Notes: generated by a model from the letters alone, not told the origin. Counted from the whole stretch's first letter, positions 40,501 through 54,355 are shown. The stretch is 62,884 bases of DNA, filler included, from Chiloscyllium plagiosum (GCF_004010195.1; 4 parts of one record of this genome joined end to end with filler, not necessarily neighbours in it); one strand, 5' to 3'. Program-made: numbers and translations.

Positions 40501-42714
40501 CATCTATTCAACTTCGGTTAGAAAACCCAATAAGTAGCTAGGAAACAGAGTTTTGAATGGGAGTGAAAACAATGGCTTCAGTCTTTCCAATATTCAATTA
40601 GAGGAAATTCAATTAAATAAATGTAAGTATACAATCTATATTTTGGGGAAAAAAGGGATAGTAACAAGGCAACTTTGTAGGCTTCAGGTCATTGGCCCAT
40701 CTAGCTTACAAACACAAATATTCTACTGGGTTTCATCTCATGATTCCACGCTAATTGCTCGTTAGCCTGTTATTGTCAAGAATTATTCAATCTACATTTG
40801 CCATCGTTTCTGATAACAATTACACTGATAACTTCTGGAACGAAAAAAGTTGTGTCAATCTTTTTGGTCTCTAAACTTAATGTTCTATACTTTGTCCTTG
40901 CATTTGGTACTGGACAGACTTAACTCCAAAATCTGCATACTCTATTAAATAATTGCACAAAGTTGACAATACTCTGGTTCCTGTATGGATTGTCAACATT
41001 TCAAGACCCTAGAAATCAGTAACTTTCCAGCATCCCACACTAGTATTACACACTGCTAATATTAGTACAGTGTTTTAAAAATTGGAGCAATATTCACCCA
41101 AATAAATAAGGCGATACTGGATATGGAAACTTGAGAATAGTAATTTAGTTACTGCTCTCTTCTCATTAAAGCCTGTTGGGGAAAGAGAGGAGAAGCAGTT
41201 ATCGGGAGAGGAATATCTGACCTCCATCTTTCAGATGAGGTTGCAGAAAGATATAGAAAAGGGTTTAAGGAGACAATTGATAGGGGAAAATCAAAACTGA
41301 GAACTACCTACAAAGTGGGTTACTTTGATGTAAATTACTTAAACCTGGTGTTGGATGGTCAAACTAGCTGCACACCAAATATGCCAAGTTGATGCTCCCT
41401 TGGACTTGAAGGATGCAAATAGGTAGGTGGTGGCAATCACTCGTTAATGATTGTTCACCTTGGAAATTCCATGTCACTGGACTTGGGTCCTGTGCATCCT
41501 CACAAGCTGATGAGCCTGATCCTAGAGCTGCATTTCCAACAATACATTAGTACACACCATGGACAAGCGGGATGGGAAAAAAATCAGTATTTTCATGGGG
41601 GCAAGATCAATGATGGAAGCGAGGGCATGTTTAGTACAATACGATAGCGGCAGATATGAACAGGATAGGCAGTTGGGAATTTGAAAGTGTAGTTCAGAGC
41701 TCTAGATAATTAACATCATCATGGAGACTATTAGAGTTTGTTATATGCCTCATCAATTTTGATGATAATGTTAAGTGAAAGAAGGCTGATCAACTAAAAC
41801 TAGAAGTGCATTCCTACTTAAATGTACTTCAAAATGTTCTTCAGTTTTGTATATGGTATTGAATCACTAATTCTTCTGAATTTTTCTGAGTCTATGCCTT
41901 CTATTACCTCTGCCATCACAACCAAAACTCTTTTAGTATGCCCCTTGTAATAAGACAACATTGTGCAATTACAATGGATGAGAAATAAGGTCAACCCAGA
42001 AGAGGGGCATACTAAAAATATTACTGTACATATGTAAAACTCCTTCTGTATAGTAATTTGAAACATGGTGTCCTATTCTTCTGTATGTCTTCATGACATC
42101 AACTTGGAATTTATGAACTTCCTAATCGGTCAAAGAAGTTACTAGGTTACCTATGACAGAATCAATTTCAATTTATGAACTGACCTTTTCACTACATCAT
42201 TCCATTGTTTTGTCTACCCTGACATGGATTGGGACTGGTCTTTGGATTACTGGAAATAGAAGCTTAACTTGGGGTTGGTATTTTGGTTGAAGTAGTAAGG
42301 ACATTTTTTTAAACTAACTCTTTAAAAGCAAACACTGCAGCAATAACATGTTCTAAGTGGACTAAATTAACTATTTCTATTTCCAGTCAATTTCTCACAA
42401 AAAGACTATTAACACCCATTATCTACTTGCTGCTTGCCTGTCAATGGCACAGGTTTTCACAACAACCTGCTTCTTCCATACCTGATCCCACATTCTGCCC
42501 AGTGTGTCATCCTCCATTTCTCAATTGTGCACCCTTATAGTCTCTACCGCTAAATAATTACCAATTTATTTCCAATCAAAACCATTTTTACACAGTTCAC
42601 CCATGTCCATTGGGTTTAATTTCATTATGATCATTACAGCCAGCAGACATCAGTCCTGGCTAGATTTCAAACCGAGGTAAAGAAAAGATCTGTCATCAAA
42701 CATCTTCCTTCAGA

Positions 42715-42955
42715 GAATCCTTACAATGTGGAAGCAGGTCATTTGGCTTATTGAGTCCACACTGACTCTCTGAAGAACAGCCCACCCAGACCCATTCCCC
42801 TTACGTCTAGCCCTGCACATCCCTGAACACAATGGGGAAATTTAACGTGGCCAATCCATCTAACCTACACATCTTTGGATTGTGGGAGGAAACTGGGGCA
42901 CCCAGAGGAAACCCATGCAGACATTGGGAGCATGTGTAAACTCCACACAGACAGT
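42715..42955 (-). mobile_element. HE1-like V-SINE, 5'-truncated
   Basis: Reverse-complement V-domain and CR1 tail. Confidence 0.85.
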
Positions 42956-43202
42956 AGACAGAAATTTTTACCATTAATTTCAGCTGAATTGGATGACTGA
43001 CAATTACTTTAAGTGGATATGTTCGAATAGCAAATTTTCAAAGCCATGTCTGAAATATTGTTTGAATCTTTGCTTTAGAGCATGTAGAGCAACACGTTAT
43101 ATGATAAAGTAATCAATCATTCTAGTTAATGTAAGATTCTCCTTATTTGAAATTCCAAGAGATGAGTTTCTAAACAATAACGTGTGAAAACCTGTCCCAT
43201 CA

Positions 43203-43337
<135 letters not shown>

Positions 43338-43877
43338 TTAATTACTTATGGAAGTAATCTGACTGTCATAATTTTAATTTTAACACTAATATGCAGTATC
43401 CAATATCCAATGTTAGGTTACATATTTGAATTCACCACAAACCACTACTGGAATTCGTCTTATGAACAACGATCAATACGGCCATTCAGAAAAACAATTA
43501 ATGTCATGGCTAAAACAATGAATGAAAGTAAGTGCAGCCTTATGTAAAGTAATACTGCGTCCAACGGCAAGAGTTTTTACCAGTAGGATAACCATTAAAA
43601 TTCTTATTACTCCCACTCTCTTGATTCAAATGGCTTCAATGCACAAGGAAAGAGAAATTGACTTTCTAGACTGCTATCTCACGAGCCCTGCTTGAAGTGC
43701 ATGCCTGAGCACTGAGATAGGACAGTATAATGCTCAGCTATGATGCCTTATAATAGTAGTCTACTGACACACACACCACCAACTCTCACAAATGGATAAT
43801 GTTAATATAAGATAATATTGTATATGATCAGATAATATATGATAACATGAAGGCGATGGAGGAATCACAAGACTATT

Positions 43878-44415
43878 AAAAATGTGTTGCTGGAAAAGCG
43901 CAGCATCAAAGGAGAAGGAGAATCAACGTTTCAGGCATAAGCCCTTCTTCAGAAATGAGGAGAGTGTGCCAAGCAAGCTAAGATAAAAGGTAGTGAGGAA
44001 GGGCGTTGTGAATGCGATAGGTGGAAGGAGGTTAAGGTGAGGGTGATAGGCCGGAGAGGGGGTGGGGGCAGAGAGGTCGGGAAGAAGATTGCAGATCAAG
44101 AAAGCGGTGCTGAGTCTGAGGGTTGGGACTGAGATAAGGTGGGGGGAGGGGAAATGAGAAAGCTGGAGAAATCTGCATTCATCCCTTGTGGTTGGAGGGT
44201 TCCTAGGCGGAAGATGAGTCGCTCTTCCTCCAGGCGTCATGTTGCCATGCTCTGGCGATGGAGGAGGCCAAGGACCTGCATGTCCTTGGCGGAGTGGGAG
44301 GGGGAGTTAAAGTGTTCAGCCACGGGGCGGTTGGGTTGGTTGGTCCAGGTGTCCCAGAGGTGTTCTCTGAAACGTTCCGCAAGTAGGCGGCCTGTCTCCC
44401 CAATGTAGAGGAGGC
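43878..44415 (-). mobile_element. Penelope-like element: GIY-YIG endonuclease C-terminus plus family A pLTR
   Basis: LLYIG(E)TGRLLAERFREH...PVAEHFNSPSHS...RLEEERLIFRLGTLQPQGMN; hammerhead core at 43925-43952. Confidence 0.92.
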
Positions 44416-44515
44416 NNNNNNNNNNNNNNNNNNNNNNNNNNNNNNNNNNNNNNNNNNNNTTAATTAATTAANNNNNNNNNNNNNNNNNNNNNNNNNNNNN
44501 NNNNNNNNNNNNNNN
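44416..44515. other. Assembly gap with TTAATTAATTAA spacer
   Basis: 44 N + spacer + 44 N. Confidence 0.95.
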
Positions 44516-46370
44516 TCTTTCTTCCTTTTTGGAATGAACTGATCCTGCATCTTCTGCATTATACACAGAAATATCTGCCATTGTTCCTCCACTGTCATAT
44601 TGCAGCGCTGACGAAAGAACTCGAAGACCTTAGGCTCATCCGAGAAAATGAGATCTTTCTGGACAAGACCTTCAGCGATGGTCTCAAATTGCAGATTGAA
44701 GCTTATTGTATTATGGTCACTATTTCCCAATGGCTCCTTCACTTCGAGGTCTCTGACCAATTCTGGTTTGTTACACAATACCAGATCCAGAATTGCCTTC
44801 TCCCTGGTCGGCTCCAGCACCAGCTGCTCTAAGAATCCATCTCTGAGGCACTCCACAAAGTCTCTTTCTTGTGGCCCAATACCATCCTAATTCTCCCAAT
44901 CTACCTGCATGTTAAAATCCCCCATAACAACTGTAGTGACATCTTTGCGACAGGCCAATTTCAGCTCCTTATTTAACTTACATCCGACAGCCAGACTACT
45001 GTTTGGGGGCTTGTAGGTGACTCCCAAGAGGGTCTTTTTACCCTTGGTATTTAAGACATATAGCACATTCTCCTCTGTAATATGGGCATTTTTCAAGATG
45101 TCACCATCTATATCCACACATTTTATAACTTGCATGTCCTTCTCCACAGTATTGTTTCTCAATTTCTCACCGAGTATTGGGTGGTCTATAGTACAATCAC
45201 AATAAGGTCAAGCCTTCCTTATTTTTCAGCTCCATGCAAATAATTTACCTTGAGGTATTCCGAGGAATATCATCCCTCGGTACAGATGTAATTTTATCTC
45301 TTCGCAAAAACGCCACTCCCTCTCCTCTCTTGCTACCCCTTCTTTCCCACCTACAGCATTTGTATCCTGGAACATTAAGCTGCCAGTCCTGTCCATCCCT
45401 GAGCCACGACTCTGTAATTGCTATGAAATCCCAGTCCCATGTTCCTAACCATACCCTGAATTCATCTGCCTTCCCTATAAGGCCTCTTATACTGAAATAA
45501 ATACACTTTAATTTATCAGTACTACCTCGTTCTTTGCTTTGTTCCTGCCTGTCCTGACTGTTTGACTTGTTCGTTTGCCTAACTGTACCAGTCTCAGAAT
45601 GATCTGTTTCCTCACTACCTCCCGGGGTCTCCCCACCCCCAACAAACGTACTAGTTTAAATCCTCCCTAGCAAATCACCCTGTTAGTACATTAGCCCCTT
45701 TCCAATCCATCCTACCTGTACAGGTCACTTCTATTCCAGAGATTCCAATGACCCAAAAATGTGAACCCTTCTCCCCTGCACCAGTTCCTCAGCTACGCAT
45801 TCATCTACTCTATCCTCCTATTCCTAACCTTACGAGCTTGTGGTATTGGGTGTAATCCAGGTATTACCACCCTTGAGGACTGCTTTTTTAAATTCCTGCC
45901 TAACTTCCTATATTCTCCCTTCGGAATCTCATCTTAATCCCTCCCTATGTTGTTAATTCCAACGTGCACAACGACCTCCTGCTGGTCCCTTTCCCCTTTG
46001 TGAATATTCTGCACTCTCTCAGAGATAACCTTAATCCTGGCACCAGGGAGACAACATACCATTTTGATTTCTCACTGTTGCCCGCAGAAACATCTGTACG
46101 TGCCTCTGACTAGAGAGTACTCTTTCACAATCGATCACTTGGAACTCGATGTATCCCTCGTTATATTAGAGCCAGTCTTGGTACCAGAAACTAGGCTGTT
46201 CCTGCTACATTCCCCTGAGAGTCCATCACCCCCTACATTTTCCAAAACAGTATATTGGTTTGAGATGGGATAGCCACAGGAGACTCCTGCACTACGTGCC
46301 TCCGTCTCCTACCTTTCTTGGAGGAAACCCATCTACCTGTCTGTATCTGCAGTTTTTCTCCCTTCCTACT
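44516..46370 (-). mobile_element. CR1 LINE pieces (EN and ORF1)
   Basis: VMGDFNMQVDW, EPTREKAILDLVL, LGNSDHN; ORF1-like VVQESPVAIP. Confidence 0.85.
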
Positions 46371-46374
46371 GAAG

Positions 46375-47795
46375 GAGTAATGAACAGCACTGATGAGGGA
46401 AGAGTGGTGAATGTGATCTGTATGGACTTCAGTAAGGCGTTGAACAAGGTTCCTTATGGTAGACTGGTTATCAAGGTTAGATCTCATGGAATACAGGGAG
46501 AACTAGCCATTTGGATACAGAACTGGCTCAAAAGTAGAGGAACAGGATGATGGAGGAGGGTTGCTTTTCAGACTGGAGGCCTGTGACCAGTGCCACAAGG
46601 ATCAGTGTTGGGTCCACTGCTTTTCGTCATTTATATAAACGATTTGGATGTGAGCATGGTTGGTATAGTTAGTAAGTTTGCAGATGACAGCAAAATTGGA
46701 GGTGTAATCAACAGCGAAGAAGGTTACCTCAGAGTACAATGGGATCTTGATCAGATGGGCCAATGGGCTGAGGAGTGGTAGATAGTGTTTAATTTAAATA
46801 AATGTGAGATGCGGCATGTTGGAAAGGAAAATCAAGGCAGGACTTATATATTTAATGGTAAGGTCCTGGGGATTGTTCCTGAACAAAAAGGCCTTGGAGT
46901 GCAGGTTCACAGTTCCTTGAAAGTAGAGTTAAAGGTAGATGGGATAATGAAGAAGGCGCTTGGTATGCTTTCCTTTCTTGGTCAGAGTATTTAGTACAGG
47001 AATTGGGAAGTCAAGTTGCAGCTGTACAGACATTGGCTAGGCCACATTTGGAATATTCTGTGCAATTCTGGTTTCCCTCCTTTCAAAAGTATGTTGTGAA
47101 ACCTGAAAGGGCTCAGAAAAGATTGACAAGGATGTTACCAGGGTTGAAAATGTGTTGCTGGAAAAGCGCAGCAGGTCAGGCAGCATCCAGGGAACAGGAG
47201 AATCGACTTATGCCCGAAACGTCGATTCTCCTGTTCCCTGGATGCTGCCTGACCTGCTGCGCTTTTCCAGCAACACATTTTCAGCTCTGATCTCCAGCAT
47301 CTGCAGACCTCACTTTCTCCTCAAAGATTGTTACCAGGGTTGGAGTATTTGAGCTATAGGGAAAGGCTGAATAGTCTGGGGCTATTCTTCCTGGAGCTTC
47401 GAAGGCTGAGGGGTGACTTTATAGAGGTTTATTAAGTCATGAGGGGTATGGATAGTGTAAGTAGACAGGGTCTTTTCTCTGAGGTGGGGGGAATCCAGAA
47501 CTAGAGTGCGTAGGTTTAGGGTGAGAGGGGAAAGTTTAAAAGGGACCAAAGGGGCAACTTTTTCACACAAAGGGGGTGCTGTGTGTATGGAATGAGCTGA
47601 CAGAGGAAGTGGTGGAGGCTGGTACAAATGAAAACATTTAAAAGGCATCTGGATGAGTATATGAATAGGAAGGGTTTAGATGGATGTGTGCCAAGTGCTG
47701 GCAAATGGTAGTAGATTAATTTAGGATATCTAGTCAGCCTGGACGAGTTGGACCGAAGGGTTTGTTTCCATGCTGTACATCTCTATGACTCTATA
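46375..47795 (+). mobile_element. CR1 LINE RT to 3' end
   Basis: MDFSKA.NKVP, PQGSVLGPLLFVIYINDL and KFADDSKIG motifs; 3' tail ending ctctatgactcta. Confidence 0.92.
47147..47328. mobile_element. Fold-back mini-Penelope (family A) in CR1
   Basis: Inverted arms; 14-bp TSD tgttaccagggttg at 47133-47146 and 47329-47342. Confidence 0.9.
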
Positions 47796-48112
47796 TCATG
47801 CAAATCGGCTGCTATGCTACTTGCATCACAACTGCAGTTAAAAAAATACTTAACTAGTTGCAGAACACTTTGTATCTCCTGAGGTTGTTAAAGACACTAA
47901 GTATGTGTTTCTCTTTAAATGAGAGTCTTTTTTTTAAAAAAGACTGGTTATCACATTATCTTCATGGAGAATGCATAAACTTGCAATCTGTTTTTGATGT
48001 GCCTGAGCATTCAATGTATTAACTCGTTAAAATAAACGTCCAAGTTTTTAAATTCTTGGCTTATCATCTGATTTTGTTATTTTTAAATGTTGAAGTTAAA
48101 CCATTTCATATA

Positions 48113-48228
48113 GGAGGAAGTAAGGACTGCAGATGCTGAAACTCCTGAAGAGCTCACGCTGGAAAAGTCAACTCTCCTGCTCCTCAGATGCTGCCTGACC
48201 AGCTGTGCTTTTCCAGCATTACACTCAG
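48113..48228. mobile_element. Degenerate Penelope family A pLTR with short inverted tail
   Basis: Inverted tail (aggactgcagatgctg) followed by CTGAAGA...GAAA.GTC and the pLTR body. Confidence 0.7.
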
Positions 48229-48431
48229 AGTCAAATTTTTTTATAACTGATCATGCAATCGGTGTCTACTGAAACTTTGGTCTCTCGCTAATGTAATGAA
48301 TAATGCCACAGGTTATCTTGACTTATTCAAAAAAATATTTTTCCTATGGCCTCTTGCTTACATTGTTAGACAATGGAAATAATGCCTCTCTCAGACAAAA
48401 AATAAGATTGGTAATTGAAATATTTTCTTAC

Positions 48432-48596
48432 ATTCTGTCAACAAGTTGTCTTGTCAAGGCTAGCAGAGACTTCTTGGTCTTCTTGTTTGGATCTTCTATT
48501 GCCTGGTGCTCAGTCGTCTGACTACTGGGTACACTGATATTCCGCGGTTCTGCCAAAATGGGATGTGTTGGAATTTCTTCCTTTCCAACAATAAAC
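48432..48596 (-). CDS. Internal coding exon of an unidentified host gene
   Basis: Acceptor ttcccatatgttAG, donor GTAAGA; 165 nt, frame-preserving and open: FIVGKEEIPTHPILAEPRNISVPSSQTTEHQAIEDPNKKTKKSLLALTRQLVDR; non-repetitive context. Confidence 0.65.
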
Positions 48597-51568
48597 CTAA
48601 CATATGGGAATCAACAACATCTTTCATGAAGTAAAATGCAAACAAACAGCACTGTGAATCTTTAAATTTCCAATGTGGTGAGTCATTGCATTACTTAAAA
48701 AATACAAATCAGGATTGAGGTTGGAAATGATTTAATCTTTACATTTAAATCCAAGGCTCCTTGATAGCTTTGTTACAAATGAATTACCATGTAACTCCCA
48801 GTCTGGTTTCAGTCAGCAATCGCAGTTCCGGGAGCAGTTGAAATACCATTTGTGGTTTTGACACCCTTAGGTTAAGGGATGGAAATCATTATTCAAGTTT
48901 CAAAATCCAGATAATTGCCTTGTGGCCCAGCTGGAAATTCTGTGTGTTAACACAGAAGGGACAGAGTAACTTGCCAGCATTCAATGCCAAGCATTACATA
49001 TGAAGCACGGCCATTTCAGTTATGTACAGCAGACATGGACACGGAATTGCTCATTCACACAAATCAAAATTTGAATACAATAAGAAAAAAAAACAAAGTT
49101 GAAGACCTCAAAATGTATTAAAGCAAAAATTAACTACTTACACAGGTCATAATTCAGAAATTAAATCAGATAAACAAAAACCTGGCAAATTTATGCTACT
49201 AATGCACAAGGAAAACACTGGTGACTTGTAATTGAAACCATCTGTAATTTACATTGACAATACCACATTTTAGACATCAGGTCATCAATGGAGTTGTGAT
49301 ATTCCAGATGCACTACAAGAATTCAGGCATTTCTGCCATATTTGTAGGCTTCATAACACAGAGATTGACAGTTTGGTAATGCTGGTTACAGTCTACCTCA
49401 TTATCTTCAACAAATACACCAGTCATTAATATCAATTAATAGCTCTGATACAATAAAGCGATTTCTTTTAAATTTAACAAGTTGAGAGTCATAATATTTC
49501 AAAGTGCAGATGTTTTATCTATAAATTAGTGAAGGCAGATTCAATGGTTTCTATTTATTATTTTTAATTATTCTATTCTTTCTCATTATTCTATTTATAT
49601 TCTTACCAAGATCTGAAAAAAAATTACTATAAAATTCAATACTGCTTTAAAATTGAAGTTGATTTTCAACTTCTACCTTCTTCAGTTTTTACCTAAGTTC
49701 TCATGAATAATGCTATTTTGAAACACTCACAAGAGTGTCTTTTTCAGAGTCTTTACATCGCCCGTCGATGTTTTGGACTCTCTAGCATCACCACAGTCCA
49801 AGAGTACTGGTGGTACTGGGTATTGGTGGTCCTCCATCGGTCTGGTATCAGACTGATTGTGTTTTTGGTGGGCCGCGTCCCTGTTTTTTATTTTTATCTT
49901 TTTTTTAGCAGGGGTTGGCCGGTCCTGGTCTCCGGCCAGAGCCGGTTAATGGTAGTTTGCTCACTTATCACTAAAGAGTTGTAATACTTCGAGTCTCAGT
50001 GATAATGTGAATCTGGATGTCTTTTGGGCGAAGGTTTCAAATCTTTCTATGCCGAAGAATTTCATTAGGCTGTTTTTCAGGCCCAGACACTTGCCTCGAG
50101 CGCCCATCACAAAGCGAAAATACTTAGGTTCAGAGCCTCCCATCAATTCCGTTGTCTCGGTGTTAAGGTGTTTATATTTCTCGCCTTCCTCACGCTATGC
50201 CATTTCCAGTGCTTTGCTGTCATTTTTGTACCGCTCTGTGACATCGACTACCACGATATTTTGATCTTTCTTAAACATGAGATCGGGTTTCCACAGTGAG
50301 CCGTCTTTTGCAAATAACCTGGGCTCAACGTACAATGCCCAGCTGTACTTACTGATATGCTTTTGCAGCTGGTCTGTGATCTTATTATGGTGTTTTATTC
50401 AAGCGTTTTTGACAAATGGGCAGCATCCTGACATGTGTGAGATGTCTCACACCTTCAGCAAGTTTTGTTTCTATTCGGTCTTTTCCTTGATAGGGTGGCT
50501 CTTGTTGGTAATAGATTACATTGCAAGAGCAAGCTGTTTATAAACTGTGAGGATTTCTGTTGGATTGCTGATTTCAGCCACGTGTTAGAGATCCTGTTGT
50601 CTCCGAAATACTGGATGCCTGTCCCTTGACATTTCAGTCTTCGCCACTTTTCAAATTCCCACTCTCACCATCCTGCATATCTGTTGGGCAGTTTTTGTCG
50701 CCCGGCGTCTGCCTCCTGGAGTGCTGACATAATGGCCTGGATGTGTGTCATCAGGACCATTTCCCCTTCGCTGCCGTTTTGGCTGCTGGTCGGAAATCTT
50801 CAATTTATTTAAGGACTTTGAGCTTGTGCAGTCCTGCAACGGTGTCTGTGTTGCATTCTCCTTTATCCTGAAAGGAGGCCCGAATTATCACATTGTTGGA
50901 CATCTCTAGTGCCTCCCGTTTGTGGAGGATCATGGATAGAATTTGCACCTCCAGTTTTGGGATGGCTAGACCACCGTTCCTGTTGCTGGCATACAGGACT
51001 ACATCAGTGGTATGAGGTGGAAGGTGGCATTACGGATGATCTGGTTCAGTTTTATAAGTGTGCATTGAGATGCTTCGGATAGGATCAGATGGAAATACAA
51101 TCTGGGGATATCATGAGTTTTTAGGATCTCCAGCCATTGCCTTGGTCGGAGAGATGTTGCCTGTATTCCTTTAACCCAGGTCTTAAGCCTCTCCTCCCAT
51201 TCTCCTTCTGACACACCTGCCCACAGATCGATACGGGCACCCAGGTATTTCTCTGTATCGCCTGGGGATATATAAGCTATGGATTCACTGCGCAGCTTCC
51301 AGTTATTGAAGTGGCTGTTTCAGAAGGTCTTCCTCTTTAACATAAAATGGAAGCCCTTTGTCTTCGCAATGTTAATACTGAGACCCGTATGGTCACAATA
51401 TGACTGGAGCAGCCTCAGATTCATCGCCATACCGGTGTGAGTGTCAGTCAGAAGATCTATGTCATCTGCGATGGCCAAAGTCGAGCAGTTGACTCTTCTG
51501 CCACCCAGGAGCATGGCGATGTTAGCAATGTTAAATGATACTGGTGAGAGTGGGTTGCCCTACTATAC

Positions 51569-52441
51569 GCAGCACAGTGGCACAGTGGGTGGGCAGCACG
51601 GTGGCACAGTGGTTAGCACTATTGCCTCACAGCGCCAGAGACCTGGGTTCAATTCCCACCTCGGGCAACTGTGTGGAGTTTGCACATTCTTCCCGTGTCT
51701 GCATGGGTTTCCTCTGGGTGCTCTGGTTTCCTCCCACAGTCCAAAACGCGCAGTTAGGTGAATTGACAACACTAAATTGCCGGTAGTGTTAGCTGAAGGA
51801 GGGGAATTGGTCTGGGTGGGTTTCTCTTCAGAGTGTCGGTGTGGATTTGTTGGGCCGAGGGTCTGTTTTAAAAAATTCTCAAGGTCAGGTTCGTAGGAGA
51901 GTAGTCTGACACAGAACAAACGACCAAGAGGCGAGTCTGCTAGAATATGAGCATTTTATTCCCCGCAGCGTCGCCACAACCAGGTCTCATACTTACAACG
52001 GGTCTGGCTTATACTCACTCTACATGTTACCGGAACTGGGAGCCGTCAGTTCTCGTAGAGCGGTTGCCAACAACCCACGCTCGGCGGTTAAACGTAACCC
52101 CGGAGCAGACTCACCGAACTGGAGACTTTTCCAGCTGATATACTCTTTTCCAGATATAAACATTCATGTGAACAGCAGAGCAAGGCTAAAAAACACATTC
52201 CATTCTGGTTACATACAGATAAGAAGATTCACACGGGGAGGTGTGTAATAAGATTCACACGGGACTAAGCAACACCTCCATTCCGGTTAGATTCACACAT
52301 GTATTGGGACATAATTTTTAACCGTTTCACCACATTCCACTGCTTGGCCCAATACATGTGTTACATTATGATTCACACATGTATTGGGACATAATTTTAC
52401 ACCACAGGGTCCTGTTTCCACACTGCAAGTAATCCAATCTA
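51569..52441 (+). mobile_element. HE1-like V-SINE inserted in the R2 RT, itself split by an LTR
   Basis: Head and V-domain at 51569-51863, tail at 52407-52441. Confidence 0.9.
51864..52406 (-). mobile_element. Solo LTR (543 bp)
   Basis: TG...CA termini; 5-bp TSD GGGTC at 51859-51863 and 52407-52411; minus-strand AATAAA near 51955; internal direct repeats. Confidence 0.88.
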
Positions 52442-54039
52442 ATCAATGTTTATTGGGGTGGTACTGGTACCGTTCCCTTCCACCATGTTGTATTGCCAGT
52501 GTAGAGATCCTTGATCAGACCTACAAAGGCTTTGGGAGGTTGTGCTCTTTGTAAAGTTTTCAGTAGTAGCTTGTGCCCAACTGAGTTGAACACTTTCGCC
52601 AGATCAACAAAGACAACTGAGAGGTCCTTGCAGTTATGCTTTGCTCCCTTAATGATGTTCTCGAGGATGACAATGTTTTCATTGCATCTGGGAGTGGCTG
52701 CTAAGAACCCCTTTTGCCTGTTGTTAATTTCGACTGTTTCACTGAGGCATTTTGCCTTTATTTTCGTGAACGTTCGTAGCAGATCAGACCAATAGTTATC
52801 GGCCGCCAGTTGTCGGCCGCCAGTTGTCGATGTTTTTCAGGAGGTCTTTATCCTCACTTAGGAATCAAGACTGTTTGACTCTTTCTCAGTGATTCTGCTA
52901 TCCTGCTTGATTTGAGCCAGAGGGAGAAGAGTCGGTGTAGATACGTTTCCTCCTCTTCATGGATTAATCGTATATCGCTCAGTTTCAGGCCGTCTGGTCC
53001 AGTGGCAATGTGCGTGTTCATCCCCCTTGATGGGTGCCTCGACATCTTCTACCTCTAGGGGTTTCATCAAGGATCCGTCATCTACGTTCCCGGTATATGG
53101 GGCGTACTTATTGAGGTTTGATTTCTGGTTCGGTATCGACAGTTTCTCACGGAAACATGCCTCCAGTCCCTCTTTTGAGAGAGGACAAGTGGATGAGGTC
53201 AGCACTCCCATGATCCCACAAGCTAGTTGGTGCCGGTTGGTTTTGTAGTGCTGCTGTATCGCTCTAAAACAGCGCTCTACATGCTGCCCATGTTTTCTTT
53301 GTCCCGGTGTTGTTACTGGTCTTTTGGTATTTATTAGCCTGGTCTTTCAGAAGCTTATTTTGTTTTTTCTGTCTCTCCCTACTATTCATTAGTAGGTTGA
53401 TAATACTTTCCATCAGGTAAGTGTGTCCAGGTAGTTCCTCGCGCTAAAGAGCTCCTCAACTTGTGTTAGCTGGTCATCTATGTCCCTATGCTTAGAGATG
53501 GAGGCTGGTGTTCTGCAGCTGGCTCTCTGGCACAGGTTTGGATCATTGAAATTTTCCTGGACCTCTCTGCCTCCGATTCGTGCGAGTCACTGGTTATGCT
53601 TGACTTGTTTGGGTTTGGACCTTTGTCAGGGTGTTTGCAAGGTTTTTGCATTTGTCCAAGATGTGCTTGGGTGTTTTCATTTTAAGGATGCTGACAATCG
53701 ATTTATTCATGAATTTGCATCCTGCAAATCTCACTTCTCGTTCCCTCAGGAGTGCCATCTCCTCCTGTGACTACACGCGATCACTTCTCCCTGGTTGAGT
53801 GCAGTTTTGAGGAGATTTTCATTCCGTAGAATAGGATGTTGAGGCCTCTCGTGTTGACCAAATCTTGCCTGAATTGTAAACTATTGGTTACATGCGCTGC
53901 ATGCAAAGTCCCCTGTTGGAGGGGGTTTCTTACCTTTGCATTTGGGGTAATGGCAGGAGATTGCGTGGTACTCTCCTGCTTTGTCGCAGCATTAACATTT
54001 TGTTCGAATGTTCTTAATTTTGTGCACTTTAGTCATATG

Positions 54040-54355
54040 GGGCAGCACAGTGGCTCAGTGGTTAGCACTGCTGCCTCACAGCACCAGGGTCCCAGGTTCG
54101 ATTCCAGCCTTGGGTGACTGTCTGTGTGGAGTTTGCACATTCTCCCCGTGTCTGTGTGGGTTTCCTCCGGGTGCTCCGGTTTCCTCCCACAGTCCAAAGA
54201 TGTGCAGGTCAGGTGAATTGGCTATGCTAAATTGCCCGTAGTGTTAGCTGCATCAGTCAGAGGGAAATGGGTCGGTGGGTTACTCTTCGGAGGGTCAGTG
54301 TGGACTTGTTGGGCCGAAGGGCCTGCTTCCATGCTGTAGGGAATCTAATCTAATC
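54040..54355 (+). mobile_element. HE1-like V-SINE inserted in R2 zinc finger 1
   Basis: Complete head, V-domain, CR1 tail and (AATCT)n; removing it restores CX2CX12HX4H. Confidence 0.92.

Noticed and set aside
52220..52400. Spaced direct repeats resembling a CRISPR array
   Set aside because: Only two copies of each unit, irregular spacing, inside an LTR in a eukaryotic genome.
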